Translations under genes and position numbers: made by a program | DNA from: Auanema rhodensis | Taxonomy: Eukaryota; Animalia; Nematoda | Direction of reading: 5' to 3' | Length of the DNA: 64,000 nucleotides | Assembly (NCBI GenBank): GCA_964057225.1 | Contig: OZ059896.1 | Location: 10,354,001-10,418,000, forward strand | In this document: in pieces, positions 53,401 through 64,000 of the stretch | Layout of the letters: each line of letters begins with the position of its first letter | Position numbering within the stretch: position 1 is the stretch's first letter | The notes under the pieces: model-generated | Database searches by the model: none | Told to the model about the DNA's origin: nothing | Seen by the model: only the letters and a program-made list of their open reading frames with translations

Positions 53401-56114
53401 TTAAATAGCATGAATAACCGTTTCCTTATTATTCTGCTTATCCCAATATTGTTTTTTTAATTTTCTTTTGTTAAGTTGCCTATTAATACGGAAGATATTT
53501 ATAAATAATTCAATTATAGCTTCTAAAATATCTAGACTTATGTATGAAATATCCTGAATTATTTTTTTTTAATATCTACTAGATTATAAATATAACTATT
53601 AGTCCACTTCATATTACATCTATGAAAATGTACATATAATCTACTTGTTTCTACTATATAATATTTTAAACTTTATGCTTTATGCTTTATACATTCAATC
53701 TGTTCATCCCTATTAGTATTCCAATAATAGCCAAAAAGCAGATATACATATGTTGTGATTTATTCTTTCAATAGATTTGACTTCATTCTTCCATCTCACT
53801 ACGTTACTCTTCTAATTCAATTTCTTCCCCCGTCAACTATCATCTGTTCACAGCAGTAGTAGTCGTCGTCATCTACTTCTTTTCCATTCTTATCGTCGTG
53901 TTCGTCGTCTTCATCAACGTCGCTTTTCTTCATCATTCATCTCCATGTTCTTCAGTAGCTGTTTCTTGTGTTTCCTCTTGTTCGTTTTCGTCTTCTTCGT
54001 TGCCGTCTAGTCTTCTCCTTCTCCTTCCGTCCCTGCTCCATAATCATGGCCTTGCCTTCATCCTTCATCTTTCTACTTACTATTTTTCTTTCTTGCTCAG
54101 TGTACTCCGTCCTCATCATCGTCGTCGTCCTCTTCATCATCTTCGTTTTTCGCTCAAATAATTTGCCTTCCTTGTTCAGCATTATGTCTGTTTTGTGTTG
54201 AATCTTCTCTCCTCCTTTCGTAAAATTGAAAGCTTAAGTGCCCAACACCGATCCAAATTATTAACTGTCTAGTTCAGCTAAAATTAATATGAATTCTGAA
54301 GATATATATTTTGCTACTAAAAAGCCTATTCATTTGTCAAGATTTTTCAGTCTTCGCATACCTTTATGAGAAGACTGAAAATCATATAAACCCATAAATT
54401 ATTAAAACTTTAACCAACTTAAAGCATCTTTGTTTGGTACATAGGAATTGTTTCATAAAGTTTGCTCCTTAAAATAATAAGAAAAACCAAAATTTAACTA
54501 CCGAATTTCGAATTATTAATAACTATATACGTATGTCTATATGGACATAACAACCTACAACACGATTCTTTTTGTTTCTGAGATTTGTCTATTTCCATCT
54601 CTCTTTTTTCTCTTTGCTCTCTTTCATTTCCAGACCCTATCTTTCATTTTTCCTGTCTTAACTGATCTTTATACATTCTCATATTATACTGAGCATATTT
54701 CTCACTTCCTTCCAATTTCTCTCTCTCTCTCTCTTTCTAATTCTATCGTTGAACGATAATCCCATTTTTATATCTGATATATACTAAAACGAAGCTATAA
54801 ACTTTTCAACAAAAAAAAAGACTCAATAAAAGTGATATCTAATTATATTGATAAGATATATGTGCACACACCTATATTATATATATGATACTTTTTAATT
54901 TATCTATTCAATCTTCTCTAAACTTATTGATGAGAAGTTCTCTCTTCTGATTCTCTCATTAAGATATACACAAAAATTGAGAGCAACGCTTGAATTGGAA
55001 TTGAAGTTTGAATACTAAGTGTAGTTTTGTCCCCTCTTCTTTCCCTTTTTTATCTCTTTTTATCTCCTTTCACCTCCTTTCCGTGATCCTTTCCCTCTTT
55101 TTCTCCTACACCTCTTTATCTCTCTCTCTCTATCTATCTCACTCTCTCTTTCTCTCTCTCGATATTTTTTTCTCCTTCTCTTACTTCCTCTCTCTGTTTT
55201 GTTCTTTTTCTTCCCGCTTATTTCTTTTTCCTTTACTAAATCACTTTGTTGTCATCTTTTCTGTATGTTTCTATGACTTTATATAACATATAAATACATT
55301 TGAAGTTCCCAGAAGCAACAGTTTTGTTATTTCTCCTTTTGCTGAAGAGCATTCATCTCCAATTTTGAAAAAAAAATTACAAATGTAGAGGCATAAATGG
55401 ATAACAAAATAGTCGACAATGGCAACGATTTCGAAAACCGTGTTTTGGGTCTGTATTGAGTCGATTTTCACAATAAATCTGTTCTTCTATTAGTTTTAGT
55501 TACATAAGCTGTCCTAATCATTCTTTTTTGAACAAAAAAACTGATTTGTTCATTGCATCCCTCTTCTTCTCAATTTAATCTCATCATTTTAGAAATGATT
55601 GAGTTCTACAAGTTCTGTCTTAACATTACGTTCATTCTAAGTTCACATTCATTCACACTTCATTCTCGTCCTCTATGTTGAGTTTCTAACTGCCTACTAT
55701 TGTTTCTGAAAAGAATTTAATATTTGATCGTCATTAGATTGTTTCAATCACTTCAAAACGATCAGTGCTTTGCACCTTTGCCTTGAACTTTTCCTGCATT
55801 CCTCACTATTTTTAGGTTTAATAACATTTTATTATTCTAAGAACTATAATAACTTAGATATTCTTACAATTACCTTATTTTTCCTTATTTCTTTTTTTTC
55901 TTTTAAAGCTTTTATTAATTATAGAATAGAAGTTGCTTTCATTGAGGATAAATTAGGGTTTTGCATTCGTAAACCATGTTCAGGTAAGAGAAAAGGTGTT
56001 GACAACATATCTCTAAATCTAACTATAAATATATAAAATTATCTAAGCTAACGAGATTTCCATTAATTTATCATGATTGATCTTTTGGAATACTCTAAAA
56101 TATAAGCATATTCT

Positions 56115-56148
<34 letters not shown>

Positions 56149-59100
56149 GTTTTTCAAGCCATTTTTTCTAAAACTGAACATTCAAACATATGTTTATTTT
56201 CTTCAATAGTATGTTGACATTCATACTCTTAATAAATTTAGTTTATAAAAGTCTAAATTCCCGATTAGTTTTCTCTTTTTGCCTTAAATTGACAGATTAT
56301 ACGGACGTTGTTCTCTAAAAAAAAGTGATTATAACAAGGTCTGTGAGTGTCGTTTTATTTTCTCTTTTCTAAATTCTGGAAAAACAGATTTTCAAAATAT
56401 ATCATAAAAGGGGCGGGAATGTATAATACAATTGTTTAAAAAAAACATAAAATGAATATACACATATATTCATTCAACATTATTTTTTAAGTTAAAATTA
56501 GAAAATAATGTTCGGAAGTTTATAAAACATGCTTGAATCAGGTGTTTCAAAGCATTTTTTTTGTTACTTATCATTTTTCTTTAACTCCGTAATATATTCA
56601 AATTGACTGCAGTACACTTGGACTACTCTGCTCTTAGAGTTTCATGTGGATAGGATAAGAGAATATGTTTAAAAGGAAAAGCTTGGAAGGGATTAGCCGA
56701 ACGCCTTCCTTTGAATTATTCTCTCATAGCTTGTTTTAATATTTCCTATCAATTTATATTTTGAAGTTAAAAAAGAAAATGAATGAACAGATGTATATAT
56801 CTACGAAAAAGTAACTTTAATGGTAATTGAAGCTTTTAAGCTTTACCTTTGATGTTTGAAATTGAAGTCAGAATTATTGAATCATTAGAATGTCAATTAG
56901 AGAAAAATCATAAATAACCACTTTTCCGGTGAAAAAAAATTTCAATTCATATTCGAATTGAATTGCCGTTCTTTTGGAGTAAATTGAAAGAATTTAACAC
57001 ATTCATCCAGGAAATTTATATTTAGTAGCATTACGTAAGAAAATATATATTCGTGTTATATGCAAAAGCTATTGAAACGAAGCCTAAAGCCCCCCCATCG
57101 TCAAGTTTTTTCTAGATTATTCAAATAACGTGAAGCTTAGTCGAGACTTTATTTTTATTTCTTCTAAAAAGATAAAAATTCAACTTACAACACCTGTCTT
57201 TGAAGCTGTTCCGCTTTCACATTTTTTCTATCTTCATTTAAAATCTCCTTCCTGCTCTTGAATGGTACTATCTGATGCCTGAGCTTTGGTTCCAGCTTCA
57301 TAAATGTTTTATCGAAAAGGACACAATATGATCCCATCCATTCCGTGAAGTTAACAAACATTTATAGATACATATGTATGTATATACATATACACACATA
57401 CAATCCCAAAAATAACTATTCTCAGTGCTGCAATAAACGAACAAATTGCTCAGATGAAAGAATATTTTCCAACTAATTGTTATCTCGGAGAACAATTTAA
57501 AGAAAAAAGATCTCTGAAAACAAAACTTGGATATACCTTCCGATTGAAAATATATATATTAGAGTATGAAGAGATAAAAAAAGAAGGTCGAGACTCAAAA
57601 TAATTTTTATTGGAATCGATGCAGTAGCAATAATCATTTATCTTGTTCCCCTCCACCCCCCACTTTTCTCTATCACTCTCATTTACTGACCCAATCTCTT
57701 ATATTTACCGAATCAACAAATAGGTTTTACTTCTTAACTTGCCATCTGGCTTAATTCTTAGCATCATAATAACACCTGTAATATAATAAATACAGTATTT
57801 TTGAAGAAAAACCAGTATTTTTTAATGAAAATCTAACACCATCTTTCCATCTCTCTACTTTACCTTTACTTCTATATTTTTAATTTAAACACTGGTCTAG
57901 GGAAGTATAATGTAGTGATTAAATCCTCGGTCGCAGTATACGTAGTAACACCAATTGGTCTTATATCATCCTCATGACATCTTTTTCATTTCTTTCTATT
58001 GTAGCTCCACCCATCGTTTTTTAACAGACATGATCAAATTTTAGAGATAACGAAAAATTATGCTATGAGAATAAGAGATACAAAAATAAGATGAGCATAA
58101 ATTGGTGAGAAGGAGGGGGGAGGAGATGCAAGGAGGAGAGAACAATCAAAAAATAGAAAATATCGTTAAAATGAAAGAGAACAAGACATGCAGATAAAAA
58201 CTAACTGAGATTGCAAGTGTGGAGGTAGAGAAGGAGGAGTGAAAGGAAGAGCAAAATTGCTATTCATTTTCACTTCTTGGTGTTCTTAGTTGATAGACGC
58301 CCCGTCAAAAACTAAACAGTTATTTGACATAATTTATTCCTGAAATGTTTGTTGTTACTGCAGCTGCTGTGTAAGTCATCTAATGGCATACTATCACTGT
58401 ATATTATTTTTATAATTCTAGTATAGCAAACTTCAATCAGGAAGAAGCTGAAGATGATCCTTTCAGGTATTATCAAGTGAATGTACTTCACTTGAATTTA
58501 CCGTACTTATGACAATTTCACCTGATTGTACAAACCTTATAAACTAACTTAAACTAATTATATTGAGATGGAACTATTTTTTTTACATAAGACAATAATT
58601 AAATAAAAAATAATTTATATAATAACACATTTGTTTATTTGATTAAATATGTTGATTTCATTTATTTCAGCCATTCCGCTTCTGGGAGTGCTGTGTTGGC
58701 AGCCACCACAAAAGAACGTGAAGGTTCGGGTGAGCCACAAGAAACTGAAGAAAAGGGACCAGCCAGGTACATATGTTTTGAATTTTGATCGTTTTTCGTT
58801 TAGTCTACGAAAACAAGATAATTAGGTGTAAAATGATATTCGTGATATTAGTTTAAAGCTTATCTTCCTCAATTCACCAAACTACTGTTCCAAACTCAAT
58901 TACTATAAAATCAATTTCTAGGTTCCAAGATGACGATGTGGAGGCACGAATGCCTCTTGAACGTAGCAATCATAAAAATAGCGTCAGAGAAGGACCACCA
59001 GTAAACAGAACAACATCACAGAAAACTTCCAATTTTTTTTCATTTAAGGACTCAATTTTGCGTTTAAATATTGGTGGTAGTAGTTATAGAATAAGAACTC

Positions 59101-61804
59101 GTTCAATTATTAAATTTGGTCCCAAAACACTTCTTGGTAATTAAAACCTGTAGATAGCTTTGTTAAATATCTATACTATTAAGGTCGTTTTGTTCGTATG
59201 AATCATGAACATAGACGACAATGGGCTGATTGGTATTTTGAAGAACAAGATGAATACTTTTTCGAAAGAGTTCCAAGGTAAATAAATATTTCAAATGCTA
59301 CTAATATGGGTTTTTACAGATATTTTGATCCTATTTACGATTTTTATGCTACAGGAAAACTTCATGTGCCAAAGGTTTGATTATCTATTTATCTTAAAAT
59401 CATTTCAAATAACTTTAGGATTTATGTTTTGATAAATTTATGGCCGAACTAAGATTTTGGGCAGTATCCAAATCTAGAATGGATGAATGTTGTTCTCCTT
59501 TCACTCAGTATTGTGTGACAATGGATCCTCGTTCTCAGGTCCGTTTTTTCGTCAGTGTATTACTAAATTTCAGAAAAGAGTTTATTTTATCTATAATATT
59601 CCCACTAGTATGTATAAATAATACAATTATTATACTTTTTTTGATAAAAATTTTTATACAAGCCATCACATTTTAGGATGAACTGGCTGCATTTGAGCAG
59701 GTCTCGTGATAGATTATTCCTTCATATTTTAATAATACACTTGACTTGAATTTTTTAACTTTAAACATAACTTTAGTTATAGTAATAATATAAGCATGAC
59801 CGTGTGAAATTAAGTTTACTCATATCCCCGGTTAAAATACTGACAATTCTCATTACTAAAATTGAAAAAATTAACAAATATTATTTTTATTTATTTTTTT
59901 AATTTAGGAAAAAGATCACTTTATCGGAGTGCGTTGTGCTAATGTACGGCGACGTCTGTGGCTCGTACTCGAGGGACATACAAACTCCAGGTGGTGGAAA
60001 GTATGAAATTTGATATTTTTGTGCTTATGATTCATTCTTGTTCTCATAGGCTTTTGAAGTAATTTCAACAGCTTTTGTTGTACTTAGCATATCAGCTTTG
60101 ATTCTCGGATCTATACCAGAGTTTCAAGTACCACAAAAAACTGAAGATGGTCAACTGGTATATGCTACTGCTACATACCCTACTTATCCTAATTCCGGAG
60201 GCGGAATGACAGAATCGCGTACTATAATTCGTGATGGTTCAGATCATCAGGTAAATTTTGGTTAAATATTTAAAATATTTAAACATAAACAAAATTGTTT
60301 CCTTTTGAATCTCCTGTTTTACCTCCTTGAATTTCGAAATTTTTTAAAGATTAGATTGTAAATTACAGAATAACGGAACAAATGACTACACTTATAAAAA
60401 GGTACTGCCAAGCTATGATAATAATAATAATAATATTTCTTTAAATCTAAGCATTTTAAGCTTTTCGAACTTTCCTAACCTTTTTTTCACAATTATTCAC
60501 ATCATACTAATTTAATTTTTCCTATAAAAGGAAGAAGTTACTGATCTAAAATTTTGAATGCCCTTCTTTACTTTCTTCTATCAAGCTTGTAAATTCTGGC
60601 AAAACCACCAGACTTCTTTAGAACTGATCTGATACTGCTAGCCTATACTAACCTGAAGCTTGTAGTACTGGTCAAGCTTATTACACCTAATAAAATTACA
60701 TTATTAATGAAAACTTTCGATTTCAGGTTGAAATGACAGAGCATCCAGTGTTTACTTGGGTCGAGAATTTATGTGTTATCTATTTCTCGATTGAATATGC
60801 GGCTCGATTTATTGTAGCTCCAAGAAAATTGGCTTTTGCTCGCCAAGTTCTTAATATAATCGATCTTCTTTCTATTGCACCATTCTACTTCGAAATGCTC
60901 TTGCTGTTGGTAAGTGGAACAAATCATTCAAACTGATAGGGGAAGTAGATAATAGGCTATGGTCATTACCCGATCGAAAATCTAATGGTACTGATCTTCG
61001 ATGCTTATCCCTTTTTTTTTATTCTCACCTTAACTCAATGAACATCTTCCAAAAATATTAAGCTGTCTATCCCTAGCCAACTGCTTGGTTAGCAGGCAAT
61101 ATCCCATACTTCCGCATCTATAAATGTTGTAACTCTAGTTAAAAATAGAATGATTTGCAGCTTTTTAAAAACTGTCTCATTTAGTGTGGAATTTCTGGAG
61201 AAAATGTACGTAAAGTTCGATGGGCTTTCCTAACAGTACGTCTTTTGCGTGTATTACGTGTGATCCGTATAGCTAAATTGGGAAGATTTTCACCAGGTTT
61301 TCTTTTCAAGGTGAATATGGAAAAAGTATTATAATTTAAAGGTCTTGCCAACTTCGCCTTAACTATACGAAAGTCAAAGAAGCAAATGCAAATGGTTGGA
61401 GTTGTCATGATCACTGTAGTCATATTCTTCTCCACCCTTATATATTTCTTGGAGAGAGATGAACCCGATACAAAGTTCACATCAATTCCAGCAACTTTCT
61501 GGTGGTAAGATGAACGAGTTAAAATTATCAATAAATCTCTTTAACATAATAGGTGTGTCGTTACGATGGCTACAGTGGGATACGGAGATTTGGTTCCAGT
61601 TACTGTGGCTGGAAAGCTGGTAGGAAGCGGAGCAATTGTTTGTGGTGTGATGGTTTTGGCTTTGCCAATTACTATTATGGTAATCTAACATGGAATAAAG
61701 CACCAATCATAATATTTCAGGTTAACAATTTCATGCAAGTTGTGAAACTTCGGGAAGAAAAAATCGTGAAGAAGTACGCTCAACAGCACGGCGACCATGT
61801 ATAA
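50494..61804 (+). CDS. Voltage-gated K+ channel (nematode KVS/EXP-2-like Kv), long isoform with distal N-terminal exons
   Basis: Distal exons 50494-50602, 51081-51170 and 51824-51938 splice in frame to 58422; the distal part is inferred from splice sites and phase only. Confidence 0.55.
53855..54215. repeat. Pyrimidine-rich low-complexity tract (TCT/TCG/TCA triplets) inside the long Kv intron
   Basis: Runs such as GTCGTCGTCATC and TCTTCATCATCTTCG; the ORFs here are compositionally biased and interrupted by stops. Confidence 0.7.
55118..55160. repeat. Imperfect (CT)n microsatellite
   Basis: TCTCTCTCTCTCTATCTATCTCACTCTCTCTTTCTCTCTCTC. Confidence 0.8.
56118..56146. repeat. (AT)n microsatellite
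   Basis: Uninterrupted AT dinucleotide run of ~29 nt. Confidence 0.9.
58345..61804 (+). CDS. Voltage-gated K+ channel (KVS/EXP-2-like), short isoform and conserved core
   Basis: T1 domain [10 protein letters not shown]...[27 protein letters not shown]3 [13 protein letters not shown]4 [19 protein letters not shown], pore [26 protein letters not shown]6 [16 protein letters not shown]. Confidence 0.92.
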
Positions 61805-62246
61805 AACAATCCCAAGAAGTTTATGAGAAAATTTAGTACCAGTATTAACCTCATCACTGTTGAAAATTGTTTTTATTACTTTTTAATTATTTTATAGTGT
61901 GAAAATTGCTTTAAACGCTTGCTATTCATCGATCTAATTGGGTATATCGATGTATAGGTTTCAATCTCATATCAGTTATGAGACAGAATTTTATAATAGA
62001 AAATGATCTCATATGATCAAGAAATGTAGAGAACTGGCATTTGCTGTAATAAATTATATATTCATGTCTGCTATGATTAAAGCACCTGTGTTACAAGACA
62101 ACATAAGGAATCGTGATAACTAAATCAGTACAGCACACAACAATAACTTCAAAATATCTTCTAGTATACAATTTTAGTTCTGTTTTCTAGAGATCCGGAA
62201 ACACGTACCTCAGCAAAAAATGATATCAACAGTAAAAAAATATATA

Positions 62247-64000
62247 TTATGAATCATCATCGGCCCATAGTGAACTATTATCATCTTCTTGTTCAGAAAA
62301 GGATATGTTTTCCTGCACAGTTCTGAACTTTGCTTTTAACGCCGCACCTAGAAACGCTCCCTAAATTTGAAAAATAAAACTATAATTGTTTCTTAAAAGT
62401 ACCTGATCTAAATCTGAAGTGGGAATATGTGTAGATCGTCGTCCCCGAGGAAGTGGTGTTCCACCAGGAGATCTAATACAAAAAATTACAGTAACGTTTG
62501 AAAATTCGTATTACCTGTCAGTGTTAGTTTTCTTCAATCGAACAGTTTTTAAATCAAATACACTCGGCCTGACTATAGGTTCTCTATCACCGTCAGCAAA
62601 TTCTGTATTTCTATTCTCGTCTTTCGTTTCAATATGCTATAACATTTCATTAACATCTGTTTTAACAATATTGTTACCTCCATAGCTAAACGAGGCTTAT
62701 GTTGAGATTGATTACAGGGCTTCAAAAGATTAAGTGGGGGAGGTGGGGGAGGAGGTAACCCAGGAGGACATACTACTGGCGCTATTACTGGTTTTATAAC
62801 AGAATTAGAATGTGTGTTTAAAGTCTAAAACGAAAGGATAAATAAAGTACATATAACAAGAAATACTTTTCCTCCCATAGTTGGACTACAAAGTGATCCT
62901 CCCTTTCCTTCATCATCGGAAACAATAGACGCTCGTTCCGGTGAAGTATCCTAATAAAAAATGTAACTATGTAAACACGAGAAAAGAAACCTTCTCATTG
63001 GTGCGAAGACTCATAAAGTACTGTAATTGCTTAGTAAGCATGGCAACTTGTGCTTCCATTGATTGCAACTCAAAATAAAACTGTAACTGATAAGACAAAA
63101 GATGTAAGCGTACCGTTTCAGCTACTCCAGTTCGTGTGCTGCCCATAGACATTAGCTCATCATCATCTTCCAAAGTCATTGCAACAGACAATGGTTTATT
63201 AAAAAGCTTAACAGTACAAATTAACTTACGGAAAAAAGGTAAGCATACCTGGAATTCACTAATGTCATCTCTTGCTATAGATTCTGTTTTCACTCGAATT
63301 GGTAACATTGACCATTTTGGGAACAAATATGAATTTCTATGTACTACACCTAAAAAGGACAGATTGACATATTAAAGTTATGCACCCAACCTTCTTCATC
63401 ATCATCAGTAATAAGAACGGCTTCTATATTATTAAATGTATACTTTGGTGGTTTTCTTTCTACTTGTAATGGAACCTAAATTAATCTTTTACTGTTAATA
63501 ATGAAAATAAAATTTAACTTGATTCAATATCATTGCGGCATCGCCTTCAAAAGTGATAGGTTCGATTGGGGAATATCTTAAAGAAGCAAATGAGTGTATT
63601 ATTCAAGTAACAAAGCGTGCTTTAAAAGCATCCTTCGCAGATGTCGCCTACTGGCATTCCAAGTATTATTACAAAACGTGTCGAAGCATTGTCGTATGCG
63701 GATTCCTAGAGCTCGTAACCAAAAACGCTAAACAAGAATGTTGCATGAAGTATTAGTTATCACCAATAAACGAACCACTATCAACACCTCCTGGTTCAAA
63801 CATCGAGCCATTAATTCAATGCTACTTACTTCCTGTACAGCAACTACACCGGTGTTATAAGGCAGATGCTAAGACACTTGTATTATCGAAATACCATATC
63901 AAGTTAAACCTGCTCATTATCTTCATCAGAGCTAAGAGAATCATTTAATAAAGTAAATGCACGAGATTCCCTTTGTGATTCTAATTGAACTTCATTTCCA
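62247..64000 (-). CDS. Partial proline-rich protein resembling the MTFR1/FAM54 mitochondrial fission regulator family; 5' end lies beyond the window
   Basis: Spliced exons give LQSMEAQVAMLTKQLQYF (coiled coil), CPPGLPPPPPPPPL, PSVFDLKTVRLKKT, GAFLGAALKAKF, ...LWADDDS*; this motif order matches MTFR1. Confidence 0.55.

Noticed and set aside
52697-57495. Hydrophobic Phe/Leu/Ser-rich ORFs in the Kv long intron
   Set aside because: They arise from T/C-rich low-complexity DNA, with no coherent splice chain or domain.
60935-61100. Irregular hairpins in the Kv intron between S3 and S4
   Set aside because: Pairings are short and bulged, with no convincing H/ACA or C/D boxes.

Overview
AT-rich, gene-dense eukaryotic DNA with many ~35-50 nt introns. 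The gene content (rdl-1, ASE-type gcy, KVS/EXP-2-type Kv channel, probable operons) indicates a rhabditid nematode; the species cannot be determined. I assembled 18 spliced protein-coding genes by hand: dnj-14/CSP, rdl-1/RD3-like, a secreted orphan, rps-2 (two paralogous intronic H/ACA snoRNAs), cyk-4, a rhodanese/MPST, mrpl-2, an SRR1-domain gene, timm-21, eel-1/HUWE1, a receptor guanylyl cyclase, tsen-2, FAAH, mitochondrial ACP, NAPE-PLD, smgl-2/DHX34, a second secreted orphan and a Kv channel with alternative N-termini and two microexons. A 19th, partial MTFR1-like gene runs off the right edge. No transposase, tRNA, rRNA or CRISPR was seen. Best leads: (1) the N-acylethanolamine synthesis and degradation enzymes (NAPE-PLD, FAAH) lie either side of one divergent promoter, with ACP in a probable operon with FAAH; (2) duplicated snoRNAs with a pocket matching the 28S peptidyl-transferase region; (3) structured or miRNA-like hairpins between dnj-14 and rdl-1; (4) Kv isoform architecture; (5) non-canonical splice sites. 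CDS coordinates are gene spans including introns, and all family assignments come from recognised motifs, not database searches.
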